From Candidatus Dadabacteria bacterium (GTDB taxonomy: Bacteria; Desulfobacterota_D; UBA1144; Nemesobacterales; CSP1-2): a stretch of DNA of 16,851 nt. The notes under the pieces were generated by a model, which worked only from the letters and a program-made list of their open reading frames with translations, was not told the DNA's origin and made no database searches. The position numbers and the translations under genes were made by a program. Position 1 is the stretch's first letter. Every line of letters starts with the position of its first letter. This document shows positions 1-8,500 of the stretch, piece by piece. The stretch lies in the NCBI GenBank assembly GCA_040289575.1, contig PSLL01000009.1, positions 1 through 16,851 on the forward strand, written 5' to 3'.

Positions 1-161
1 TTATAAGTCTCCCGACCGGCTAGAACCTGAGCCAGCGTGCTCTTGCCGGAGCCGTTCGGTCCCATAATAGAGTGAACCTCTCCTTTGTTCACCTTGAGAT
101 TGATGCCTCTTAGTATCTCCTGGTTGTTTACGCTTACGTGCAGGTTTTTAATTTCGAGCAT
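1..161 (-). CDS. sufC: Fe-S cluster assembly ABC ATPase SufC, N-terminal 53 codons (runs off the window edge)
   Basis: Manual translation from ATG at 161: [53 protein letters not shown], with Walker A GPNGSGKS. Purine-rich SD (GAGGGAG) upstream; starts 26 bp after sufB. Not in the ORF track. Confidence 0.95.
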   Translation of the reverse strand, partial: MLEIKNLHVSVNNQEILRGINLKVNKGEVHSIMGPNGSGKSTLAQVLAGRETY

Positions 162-187
162 ATTTTCTCCCTCTTGCGAATCTTTTA

Positions 188-1630
188 TTATCCAACGCTT
201 CCCTCAAGGCTTATGCTAAGCAATCTTTCTGCCTCAACAGCAAATTCAAACGGCAGTTCACGGAAGACCTGCTTACAGAAGCCATTGACTATCATTGAAA
301 CGGCATCTTCGGCCGAAAGACCGCGCTGTTTAAGGTAAAAAATCTGGTCCTCGCCGATCTTTGATGTGGTCGCCTCGTGCTCCATTTGAGCCGAAGAGTT
401 CTTCACCTCTATGTATGGGAAGGTGTGTGCGCCGCACTTATCTCCGATAAGCAACGAGTCGCACTGGGTATAGTTGCGCGCCCCTTCTGCACTCTTGAGG
501 ATTTGAACCAATCCGCGATACGTATTTTGACCATAACCGGCGGAGATGCCCTTGGAGACAATTGTGCTACGCGTATTCTTACCAATATGAATCATCTTTG
601 TGCCTGTATCAGCCTGCTGTCGGTTGTTTGTAAGAGCCACCGAGTAGAATTCACCTACAGAATTATCCCCCTGAAGAATACAGCTTGGATATTTCCACGT
701 AATAGCAGAGCCAGTTTCAACCTGGGTCCAGGATATATGTGAGTTGCGCCCCAAACAATGGCCGCGCTTCGTAACAAAGTTATATATGCCGCCCCTGCCA
801 TCTTTGTCGCCCGGATACCAGTTCTGGATTGTGGAATACTTTATGGTAGCATCATCATGGGCAATAAGCTCAACCACTGCGGCATGAAGTTGATTCTCAT
901 CACGCATAGGTGCGCTGCAGCCTTCTAGATAGCTGACATAGCTGCCCGGCTCGGCGATAATCAGTGTACGTTCAAATTGGCCTGTATTTTCGGCGTTTAT
1001 ACGAAAATATGTAGATAGCTCCATCGGACAGCGCACACCCTTAGGGATATAACAGAAAGAGCCATCGCTGAAGACAGCGGAATTAAGCGCAGCAAAGTAG
1101 TTATCCGTATACGGTACGACAGAGCCAAGGTACTTTTTAACAAGCTCTGGATGGTTTTGCACAGCCTCAGAGAATGAGCAGAATATGATTCCTAATTCGG
1201 CAAGCTTCTCTTTAAATGTGGTCAGCACAGATACGCTATCGAAGACCGCATCCACCGCAACCCCTGCAAGCCTCTTCTGCTCTTCGAGGGGAATTCCGAG
1301 CTTTTCATATGTCTTTAGCAACTCTGGGTCTACCTCATCAAGGCTTTTAGCCTCTTTCTTTTTAGGTGCCGAGTAGTATACGATACTCTGGTAGTCAATC
1401 GGCGGATAGTGGACGTTTTGCCACTTAGGCTCCTGCATCGTGCACCAGTGCCTGTAAGCCTTCAATCGCCATTCAAGCATGAATTCAGGTTCACCCTTCT
1501 TAGTCGAAATGAGGCGTATTATGTCCTCATTCAGGCCGGGCGGCACAGAATCCGACTCAATTGGGGTGACAAAACCGTATTTATATTCTCGGTTTGCTAG
1601 TTCCTCAACCGTATTCACCTGCGTGCTCAT
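188..1630 (-). CDS. sufB: Fe-S cluster assembly scaffold SufB
   Basis: 480 aa with [54 protein letters not shown] and EHEAT motifs. SD AAGGAG upstream. Confidence 0.98.
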   Translation of the reverse strand: MSTQVNTVEELANREYKYGFVTPIESDSVPPGLNEDIIRLISTKKGEPEFMLEWRLKAYRHWCTMQEPKWQNVHYPPIDYQSIVYYSAPKKKEAKSLDEVDPELLKTYEKLGIPLEEQKRLAGVAVDAVFDSVSVLTTFKEKLAELGIIFCSFSEAVQNHPELVKKYLGSVVPYTDNYFAALNSAVFSDGSFCYIPKGVRCPMELSTYFRINAENTGQFERTLIIAEPGSYVSYLEGCSAPMRDENQLHAAVVELIAHDDATIKYSTIQNWYPGDKDGRGGIYNFVTKRGHCLGRNSHISWTQVETGSAITWKYPSCILQGDNSVGEFYSVALTNNRQQADTGTKMIHIGKNTRSTIVSKGISAGYGQNTYRGLVQILKSAEGARNYTQCDSLLIGDKCGAHTFPYIEVKNSSAQMEHEATTSKIGEDQIFYLKQRGLSAEDAVSMIVNGFCKQVFRELPFEFAVEAERLLSISLEGSVG

Positions 1631-1689
1631 GATAATCCTCTCTCCTTAATCTAATTTCTATAAATTTGCTATTCTATAACTTAGATGAG

Positions 1690-2109
1690 TCAGGCTACAT
1701 CTACCCTTGTATTTTGGTTTAGCATATCCTCCAAAGTGGTGTCTTGGAGTACCTTAACCATAGAGATCTGAAGCTTATCCCAGACGGAAATTTGTGGACA
1801 ATTCTCATACAGTACGCATATTGTGCCCTTATCCATACAATCAATCATCCTGAGTTCACCTTCAACAGCTTCGTAGATCTCCCTTAGATTTATTTCAGCC
1901 GGGGATTTCCGCAGGGCATAACCGCCGTCTGGTCCAACCATTGACCTTACAATCCCCTTGTTCACAAGCCTCCGCATGATCTTAGCCAGGTAATTCAAGG
2001 GGATGTGTTGGTTTTCAGAAATCTCCTTTATATTGAACCTTCCTACAGGACGCCTACTCATATAAGTTAAAGACCTAACTGCATAGTCCAGTGTTCTACT
2101 TACTTGCAT
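1690..2109 (-). CDS. Rrf2-family (IscR/NsrR-like) transcriptional regulator, probably Fe-S binding
   Basis: DYAVRSL N-terminus, wHTH, wing GPDGGYAL, EIYEAVEG, and three Cys (C-x6-C-x5-C). First gene of the suf operon. Confidence 0.92.
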   Translation of the reverse strand: MQVSRTLDYAVRSLTYMSRRPVGRFNIKEISENQHIPLNYLAKIMRRLVNKGIVRSMVGPDGGYALRKSPAEINLREIYEAVEGELRMIDCMDKGTICVLYENCPQISVWDKLQISMVKVLQDTTLEDMLNQNTRVDVA

Positions 2110-2129
2110 TTTAATCTACCCTGATCTGG

Positions 2130-2149
2130 ACTTTATACATCCATAAAGT
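2130..2149. promoter_or_regulatory. Inverted repeat ACTTTAT-N6-ATAAAGT, candidate repressor operator at the predicted transcription start
   Basis: Perfect 7-bp arms at 2130-2136 and 2143-2149, between the -10 and the rrf2 ATG. Confidence 0.35.
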
Positions 2150-2151
2150 AT

Positions 2152-2180
2152 AAATTAACATGGACCTAAAATGCTGTCAA
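2152..2180 (-). promoter_or_regulatory. Putative sigma70 promoter of rrf2-sufBC
   Basis: On the minus strand, TTGACA (2180-2175), 17-nt spacer, TAATTT (2157-2152). Confidence 0.5.
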
Positions 2181-2303
2181 GTATGGATTGAATTATAAGA
2201 ATTTGAAATTCTTAGGATTTTATAAAGTGGCCTCCCTTCCCTAAGGTCGAATGGTATTTTAAGTATAAATTTATGACTGTCAAGTATAGCTTCCTTAATA
2301 AAC

Positions 2304-2368
2304 GGTTACTCCTCCCACAACATAATGGGAGGATATGCCGAGGATTGAGCCACGGTATATAAGTAACC
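2304..2368 (+). ncRNA. Candidate structured RNA (three-way junction), family unknown
   Basis: P1 GGTTACT/AGTAACC (2304-2310/2362-2368); P2 CCTCCCA/TGGGAGG (2311-2317/2326-2332); P3 ATATGCCG-A-GG/CC-A-CGGTATAT (2333-2343/2350-2360), with one G-U that forms only on the + strand. Confidence 0.35.
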
Positions 2369-2371
2369 CAT

Positions 2372-2629
2372 TTAACTGTTGAGCGTCTTATTTTTTATAT
2401 CAATCTCCTCCATAATCTTTTCCCAAAGGATATAGGCATCAACAATCTTCTCTTTTACATTGCTCAAATACATCTCAAAACCGATGAGGGCGTGTTTAAT
2501 GCCCTCCAATGATCCATCCTGAGCCGCCTTCTTTACAGGTTGGTATTGATGCTTGAGAATAGCCGCGTTGCCGCTTATCACCCCAAGTGTCTGGTTTAAC
2601 CGCTCTATTAGTTCTTTAATCTCATCCAT
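2372..2629 (-). CDS. Small helical hypothetical protein; N-terminal helix resembles a HisKA/DHp H-box lacking the His
   Basis: 85 aa; SD AAGGAG 8 nt upstream of the ATG; ERLNQTLGVISGNAAIL compared with the consensus HELNQPLxxIxGNAxLL. Confidence 0.7.
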   Translation of the reverse strand: MDEIKELIERLNQTLGVISGNAAILKHQYQPVKKAAQDGSLEGIKHALIGFEMYLSNVKEKIVDAYILWEKIMEEIDIKNKTLNS

Positions 2630-2846
2630 TCCTATATCTCCTTAAATTATCGGTTTATCTTTTATTACCACTAATTAACACTATGTTTGCCATTCTCACA
2701 CATCTAAAGCACATGTGAATACAAGGATCATAAAAAGATAGACTATTCAGATTAATCTATAAGAAGGTATTCACGTATGACTCGTAGCACGTCCTTATAT
2801 TCAGCTCAGGGTAGGCCCAAACCAGCCAAAATATGTGTGGTGCCAG

Positions 2847-4013
2847 CTACATAGATCTCGATACCCTATCTATAGAATCGAATAATCTCAACACATCGCG
2901 TTCAGTATTATAAAAATGAGGGGATACCCGAATCGCCCCGCCTCTTACATTAACTATGATTCCATATTCCCTCAATTTGTCCCTGAAACCAATCGGATCA
3001 AAACTGCCGGTAATAGAAATGATTCCCGCCCTTTCCTCTCTCTTCCTCGGAGTTCTTACATGAAAACCCCTTTTTTCAGCCCCTTCTATGATTAAATCCC
3101 CAAGCTCAAGGACCCTATTTTCAATTCTATTAATTCCCGCCTCAAGAAGGAGGTCAACTGCCGCGCCAAGAGCAAAAATCCCAATGAAACTAAGTGAGCC
3201 TTCCTCAAACCTGAGCGCGCTTGTTTTAAGATGAAAGTCTATACGGTCATAGTCGGATTCACTCTGAATGCTCTTCCACCCAATAAGAGTGGGATTAAGC
3301 CTCTCGGCAATATCTCTCCTACAATAAAATATCCCCGTTCCCTCGGGACTCAGGAGCCACTTATGCCCGTCTGCTGAAAGAAAATCTACGTGGAATTCCT
3401 CCACATCCATCGGAACCACACCGAGGCTTTGAATTGCATCAACAAAAAAAAGGACTCCCCTTCTTCTGCACATTTCCCCCAGACCTTCTAGGTCAATCCT
3501 AAACCCATTTGAGAACTGCACGGAGCTTATTGTAACTAGCCTTGTTCTCGAATCAATTAATCCTTCAATATCTCCGATTAAAATTCTCTCATCTTTGAAT
3601 GGAATGAACCTTACTTCCACCCCCCTTTTTTTGAGATTCAGCCAGGGATAAATATTCGATGGGAACTCCTTTTCATAGACAATTAGATTATCTCCTTCCT
3701 TCCAATTAAGCCCTTGGGCAACTATTGAAATACCGTGAGAGGTGTTTTTTACAAATGCCACTTCTTCCGGGCTTGCACCAATAAGCGCGGCGGACTTTTT
3801 TCTAATCTCCTCAACCCTCTTTGTCCAAGAGATATAGTTAAATGCTCCAAACTCTGTAGATTCAGATATAAATTCTTCTACGGCCCTCTTTACCCTAAGG
3901 GACACCGGAGCTACCCCCGCATGGTCTAGATAGACATAATTTTTGGTCACAGGGAACTCATCTCTATAGTACTCGAGCGTTTTAGAGTTCGGTTGATAAT
4001 TATTCCCCGCCAT
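2847..4013 (-). CDS. Class-V PLP-dependent enzyme (C-DES cystine lyase / CefD / EgtE-like), no persulfide Cys motif
   Basis: YLDHAGVAP, NTSHG, DAIQSLG, SADGHKWLL (PLP Lys), IRVSPHFYN. Lacks RxGHHC (SufS) and SSGSAC (IscS). Confidence 0.88.
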   Translation of the reverse strand: MAGNNYQPNSKTLEYYRDEFPVTKNYVYLDHAGVAPVSLRVKRAVEEFISESTEFGAFNYISWTKRVEEIRKKSAALIGASPEEVAFVKNTSHGISIVAQGLNWKEGDNLIVYEKEFPSNIYPWLNLKKRGVEVRFIPFKDERILIGDIEGLIDSRTRLVTISSVQFSNGFRIDLEGLGEMCRRRGVLFFVDAIQSLGVVPMDVEEFHVDFLSADGHKWLLSPEGTGIFYCRRDIAERLNPTLIGWKSIQSESDYDRIDFHLKTSALRFEEGSLSFIGIFALGAAVDLLLEAGINRIENRVLELGDLIIEGAEKRGFHVRTPRKREERAGIISITGSFDPIGFRDKLREYGIIVNVRGGAIRVSPHFYNTERDVLRLFDSIDRVSRSM

Positions 4014-4091
4014 CGTGAATCCTTCGATGTATTAGAGTCCGCCTCAAACAAAGCGACAGTATCCAGTCAGCTAATCCCGTCTTTTGATATT

Positions 4092-4721
4092 TCATCTTAA
4101 CACCTCAGTAACCAGCTCGGGTGCAAGATGTGCTACATCATTTAAAATCTCTACACTGAAGTGTCCGTTTCTGAACAGAATGACATTCTTAGATGTCGCT
4201 TTGAGTTTGAACTTTCGAAATTCTTCGAGCCCAACACCCATAAATTTGCAGAGGAGAGTAATAATTGTGAGGTTATGGCTCACAACAACAACGGTTCCCT
4301 CAGAGTGTCTTTTATATATCCTCTCTATCGCCCTCAAAGCCCTCTCTTGAAGCTCCTTTAATGATTCCCCTCCAGGAAGTCTTACCGTTTCGGGATTCTG
4401 ACCCCATGCGATTAAAAGCTCGGCATATTTCTCCCTTATTTCAACAAATGTAAGCCCCTCAAGTTCTCCCTGATTCATCTCCCTCAAGTCTGGGTCAAAT
4501 TCGACTGAAAGCCTATGATATTCTGCAATCGCCCTTGCCGTATCGACTGCCCTTTTTAGGTCGCTTGAATAAACGGCGGAAATGGATTTATCCTTTAGGG
4601 ATTTAACCAATTCCTCGACCTGCCTCTTCCCACTATCACACAATTCCACATCGGTAAAGCCCTGGCATCTGCCTATCCGGTTCCACTCGGTCTCCGCATG
4701 ACGAATAAGGATTAAGTTCAT
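4092..4721 (-). CDS. Histidine phosphatase (phosphoglycerate mutase / CobC / PspA-like)
   Basis: RHAETEWN, SSDLKRAVDTA, LRE, PGGES and VVSH motifs. Confidence 0.92.
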   Translation of the reverse strand: MNLILIRHAETEWNRIGRCQGFTDVELCDSGKRQVEELVKSLKDKSISAVYSSDLKRAVDTARAIAEYHRLSVEFDPDLREMNQGELEGLTFVEIREKYAELLIAWGQNPETVRLPGGESLKELQERALRAIERIYKRHSEGTVVVVSHNLTIITLLCKFMGVGLEEFRKFKLKATSKNVILFRNGHFSVEILNDVAHLAPELVTEVLR

Positions 4722-4794
4722 TATCTGATCCCCATAATATCAACCCAAAATGGAGGGTTAAGAAATCCTATTTAAGACACAAATCCTGACGAAA

Positions 4795-5784
4795 TTAAGA
4801 CCGATCATTTGTAAAAGGAACCTCTACACCATCTGTTTTTGCCTCTTCTAAAAGCTCAGAAGGCGGGGGAGTTAAAGGTGAAGCCCTGTATATGGCCTTA
4901 ACGCAAAAATCATCAAATGCGGGATTTCCAGATGATTTTTCCACTCTAACATCGTGAACCCTTCCCCCCTCGTCAATCCTGAAAACCACCACTGTTTTGA
5001 GAGACCCATCTACGGGCACATTCTCAGGGATCCTCCAGTTGCTCTTTATCTCCTCACGCACCCTGTTTATAAACAAGGCGGCAAGCGCCGCCCTAGCCCC
5101 GGGGGACTGACTATTTAAGCTGGCGCTACCCCTCCTACCAATCTCTCTTTCCTCATTTGAAGGGTTCGCCTCGGCTACTTTTCTCGCTTCTATGTCCTTA
5201 AGAATCTCTTTTCTTTCTATTTCACTCAGAACCCTCCGTCTCTCCCTTTCTTTATCTTCTTTCTGAACCTTCCGCATATCCTCAAGGACTCTATTTCTTA
5301 TATCCTCGAAACTGGGTTCCTTCGGTTTTTCAACCCTAGGCTGCTCGGTTGGCTTTGGTATCTCCGCCACCTGTTTCTTCCTTTTTGTTTCTAATGCCAT
5401 TACATCTTTGGGTTTTTCTTCCTTAACCTTTGGTGGCGGTTCCTCTTTTTTCAATTCGGCCTTTTTAGGCTCTTCTTTGATCCTCGGCGTCTCTTTCTTA
5501 ACCTCGACTTTTTTGGATTCTTGAGGAATTTCCGGTTTTGCAGCAGGCTGAGGAGCTTTTATCCCTTCCTCATTTTTTCCAAGCCCGGCATTCTCTTTGA
5601 TTGATTGTTCAATCTCAGAAGACGATACCAACCTTCCCTCTATAGACTGGGGCTCATCCAATTGATTTGGCGATCCAAATCCCCAGAAGATAGCCAACAA
5701 AAAGATAATCGCATGGAGGGAAAGCGATAAGACTATCCCCCAAAACCAAGAAATCTTAGGAGTCTCACCTCTTAGAGAATTCAT
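4795..5784 (-). CDS. tolA: TolA/TonB-family energy transducer
   Basis: N-terminal TM helix with S-x3-H (SLSLH), long Pro/Lys/Glu-rich linker, and C-terminal domain (IKSNW...SSGNPAFD..CVKAI). ATGA overlap with tolR. Confidence 0.8.
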   Translation of the reverse strand: MNSLRGETPKISWFWGIVLSLSLHAIIFLLAIFWGFGSPNQLDEPQSIEGRLVSSSEIEQSIKENAGLGKNEEGIKAPQPAAKPEIPQESKKVEVKKETPRIKEEPKKAELKKEEPPPKVKEEKPKDVMALETKRKKQVAEIPKPTEQPRVEKPKEPSFEDIRNRVLEDMRKVQKEDKERERRRVLSEIERKEILKDIEARKVAEANPSNEEREIGRRGSASLNSQSPGARAALAALFINRVREEIKSNWRIPENVPVDGSLKTVVVFRIDEGGRVHDVRVEKSSGNPAFDDFCVKAIYRASPLTPPPSELLEEAKTDGVEVPFTNDRS

Positions 5785-6221
5785 CTTTCTTCCTTATTCC
5801 CCACGGGTTCCGTAATAAGCCCCAGTTTCTTTACGCCTGCCTTTTTTACTTCGGCCATTACATTCATTACGGTGCCATAAGGCACATTGGCATCAGCTCT
5901 AAGAAACACATCCTCATTTTCTACCTCTTTTCCCCGGCTTTCAATGAGAGAGCGAATCTCGGTTTTAAGCTCTCTAAGGGTGTATTGCTTCTTTTCTATA
6001 AATATCTCCTCTTTGTCGTTTACAGTTATCACAATCTTTTTTCCGGTCTCGGCAGCAGGCAAAGGCTTTGATTCGACCTTTGGAAGATTCACATTCACGC
6101 CCTGATAAAGAATCGGAGCCGTAACCATAAAGATCACAAGAAGCACAAGCATCACATCAACAAACGGAGTAACATTAATCTCCGAGAGCACTGTACGTCC
6201 TTCATTATTCTTCATACCCAA
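5781..6221 (-). CDS. tolR: TolR/ExbD membrane protein
   Basis: SEINVTPFVDVMLVLLVIFMVTAP and LRAD..VPYG motifs. TTG start with AAGGAG 8 nt upstream. Confidence 0.92.
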   Translation of the reverse strand: MGMKNNEGRTVLSEINVTPFVDVMLVLLVIFMVTAPILYQGVNVNLPKVESKPLPAAETGKKIVITVNDKEEIFIEKKQYTLRELKTEIRSLIESRGKEVENEDVFLRADANVPYGTVMNVMAEVKKAGVKKLGLITEPVGNKEER

Positions 6222-6235
6222 TTTCTGGACTCCTT

Positions 6236-7000
6236 TTAAATGTTCGCGAGATGCCTCTCCACGATATTTAAAATCTCCGCTGAGAAATTCTCCATCTCTA
6301 CAGAGATTCCTTTTACCCTGTTTACAAAAAAGTTATAAGCCACAACTGCCGGAATTGCGGCCGCAAGCCCGACGGCGGTTGCAATCAGAGCCTCTGCAAT
6401 CCCCGGGGCTACAACCTGAAGAGTTGGTACCCCTTCTCGGCTTGCAAGCCCGATAAAAGAGGTCATTATTCCCCAGACGGTTCCGAAGAGTCCGATAAAA
6501 GGAGCCGTGCTCCCGGTAGTCGCAAGAAAAATCAAAGAGCCCTCGAGCCTCGACACCTCGGAGGACATTGTTTTTTTCATTGCTCTCTCAACAAGCTCCG
6601 CTACCCCAAACTCCGCTGCAACCGCATCGGGACTGGCCTTGAGTTCAGGGTTGTGCGCAGGCCCCCCTGTTCTCGATCTCCTAGTCCTCAGAAGTTCCCC
6701 ATACCCCGCCCGGAAAATCTCGGCAATTGGTCCTCTGATATTGCGTGTTGATGAGTAGAGATTACCAAGGTTGGTACTGGTCTGATAGAAATCCAAAAAC
6801 CTCGAAGACTCATTCGCTGCCCTCCTGAGTGTAAAGAGTTTTGAAAATATAATCACCCAGGAAACAAAGGACATGAGAAAAAGCAATGCAAGGACGACCT
6901 TTACCACCGGGCTGGCAGTCGTAATAAGGCTAATTACCTTAACTTCTTTTCCCCCCGCCTCACTTGCGGTCTGAAAGACAAAGTATATCCAGTTTATCAT
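6236..7000 (-). CDS. tolQ: TolQ (MotA/TolQ/ExbB proton channel)
   Basis: FLATTGSTAPFIGLFGTVWGIM and VAPGIAEALIATAVGLAAAIPAVVAYN motifs. Confidence 0.92.
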   Translation of the reverse strand: MINWIYFVFQTASEAGGKEVKVISLITTASPVVKVVLALLFLMSFVSWVIIFSKLFTLRRAANESSRFLDFYQTSTNLGNLYSSTRNIRGPIAEIFRAGYGELLRTRRSRTGGPAHNPELKASPDAVAAEFGVAELVERAMKKTMSSEVSRLEGSLIFLATTGSTAPFIGLFGTVWGIMTSFIGLASREGVPTLQVVAPGIAEALIATAVGLAAAIPAVVAYNFFVNRVKGISVEMENFSAEILNIVERHLANI

Positions 7001-7224
7001 ATTTTATGAACCCTTAGATTAACTCTATACACTATTACCATAAATATACATTACATCGCAAATAATCCATTTTCGGATCTCATTCAAACCTGTGTATTGG
7101 GATTTATTTAATCTACTATAGCAAGCACTTACGCAATCCCGAAACCGAATGAGAATCATCGGAAGTTATACAGCTAAGTATAAAGTTTTCCATACATATA
7201 GACTAAAATCAATTGTCTTATACC

Positions 7225-8391
7225 TTAGTTCCCCTCATATCTTCTTCCCTTCCACACAACACCCTTTCCGCTTACAATCTTATATGTCGAAGAGATAGCA
7301 ATTCCTATAAAAGCCGCGGCACTAACCGGAAAGAGGATAGCATAGTAAGCGGGAATGGCGTAGGCTTTTGTTCCTTCCCTGAAGAGATAAACATTAAGAA
7401 ACACAAGCCACAGGCTCTCTAAAAAGATAACTATTTGTATAGAACTAACACCACTCGAAGAAATAGCTAACAGAGACAGAATAAGAAGAATAAATGGCAA
7501 GAATACCCGGAGGGAGAGCATGATTATACCAAGGATAAGGCGCTTCCAATTCTTATCAACGCCAAGAAATATGTTTTTTGTCCAGCCCTCCCATATCTCC
7601 TTTAGATTCATATACATCCTCGTCCTTATCAAATTCCTCCCTCGTGCCACCCAAAGCCGATAGCCGTTACCTTTTATGAGCTTAGCAAGAGCAAAGTCCT
7701 CGACTATCTTATCTCTTATGGCTTCATGTCCTCCTACTGCTCGATACACATCATGACGGATGAGAATAAACTGGCCGTTTGCGGCGGCCTCTTTATACTC
7801 TGGACTATTAATCCTCCTATGCGGAAAAGAGCTGGCAATGGCGGCAAATATAATGGGCTGAATAATGCACTCCCAGAAAGAGCCGAGTTCCTGAAAAGGA
7901 AATATAGAGAGCATATCCGCTTTATGCTCTTCGGCATAGGATAGAGCCGATCTTAACGCATAAGGCTCCAAATATGTATCGGCATCAACAAAAAGGAGCC
8001 AATCTCCTTTTGCCCTCTGTACCCCCTGCCAGAGGGCATGGTTTTTTCCCACCCAGCCTTGAGGCGTAGGAGAGCCTTTTACAACCTGTATGTTCGGATG
8101 CTTAGCCGAAAGCCCTTCTAAAATGTGAGGCGTATTGTCGGTTGACATATCGTCCACAGCAATAATCTCGTAATTGGGATAATCCTGATTTATTAAACTT
8201 CCTATGCAACGCTCCACATTCCTTTCCTCGTTTCTCATAGGAACTATAATTGATACAAAATGGTTTCGCCCTAAATTTAAATCTTTAGCTTCCACCTCCT
8301 CAAACTCTCTGGCCCTTCTCATATTTACAATCGAAGACCGGGTGAAAAAAATCGTAAAGAGGCTTATCAGCACGAGTTCAATCATTTTCAC
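7225..8391 (-). CDS. Membrane GT2 glycosyltransferase (CrtQ/CruC/HpnB-like carotenoid or hopanoid glycosyltransferase)
   Basis: N-terminal TM, PMRNEE, VDDMSTD, GWVGKNHA, DAD, ANGQF, EDFALA, C-terminal TMs and terminal WKGR. Confidence 0.88.
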   Translation of the reverse strand: MKMIELVLISLFTIFFTRSSIVNMRRAREFEEVEAKDLNLGRNHFVSIIVPMRNEERNVERCIGSLINQDYPNYEIIAVDDMSTDNTPHILEGLSAKHPNIQVVKGSPTPQGWVGKNHALWQGVQRAKGDWLLFVDADTYLEPYALRSALSYAEEHKADMLSIFPFQELGSFWECIIQPIIFAAIASSFPHRRINSPEYKEAAANGQFILIRHDVYRAVGGHEAIRDKIVEDFALAKLIKGNGYRLWVARGRNLIRTRMYMNLKEIWEGWTKNIFLGVDKNWKRLILGIIMLSLRVFLPFILLILSLLAISSSGVSSIQIVIFLESLWLVFLNVYLFREGTKAYAIPAYYAILFPVSAAAFIGIAISSTYKIVSGKGVVWKGRRYEGN

Positions 8392-8500
8392 TCCTTACAA
8401 CAAATTCCATTAAACAAAAGCGTATCTAACGAGAATCAAATCGTATTAAATATACCTGTAACTAAAAATCCATTTGGTGTAGAATAATCGGAACACGAAT

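Noticed and set aside
2310..2333. Intrinsic terminator for the 85-aa gene
   Set aside because: The hairpin is good but there is no U-tract on either strand. It is kept only as part of the three-way-junction candidate.
2653..2743. Long imperfect inverted repeat and TCACA-N13-TGTGA (CRP-like)
   Set aside because: The arms are AT-rich and low complexity, and the half-site orientation and spacing do not match CRP (TGTGA-N6-TCACA).
2678..2846. Possible sigma54 promoters (TGGCA on the minus strand near 2692 and 2845; also near 11016)
   Set aside because: None has GC at the required GG-N10-GC position.
4092..4721. RHA instead of RHG as a sign of an inactive phosphatase
   Set aside because: RHA is a common active variant, and the catalytic Arg, His, Arg, Glu and His are all present.
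5150..5580. Low-complexity purine/pyrimidine-skewed repeats
   Set aside because: Explained by the Lys/Glu/Pro-rich TolA linker; not a DNA repeat array.
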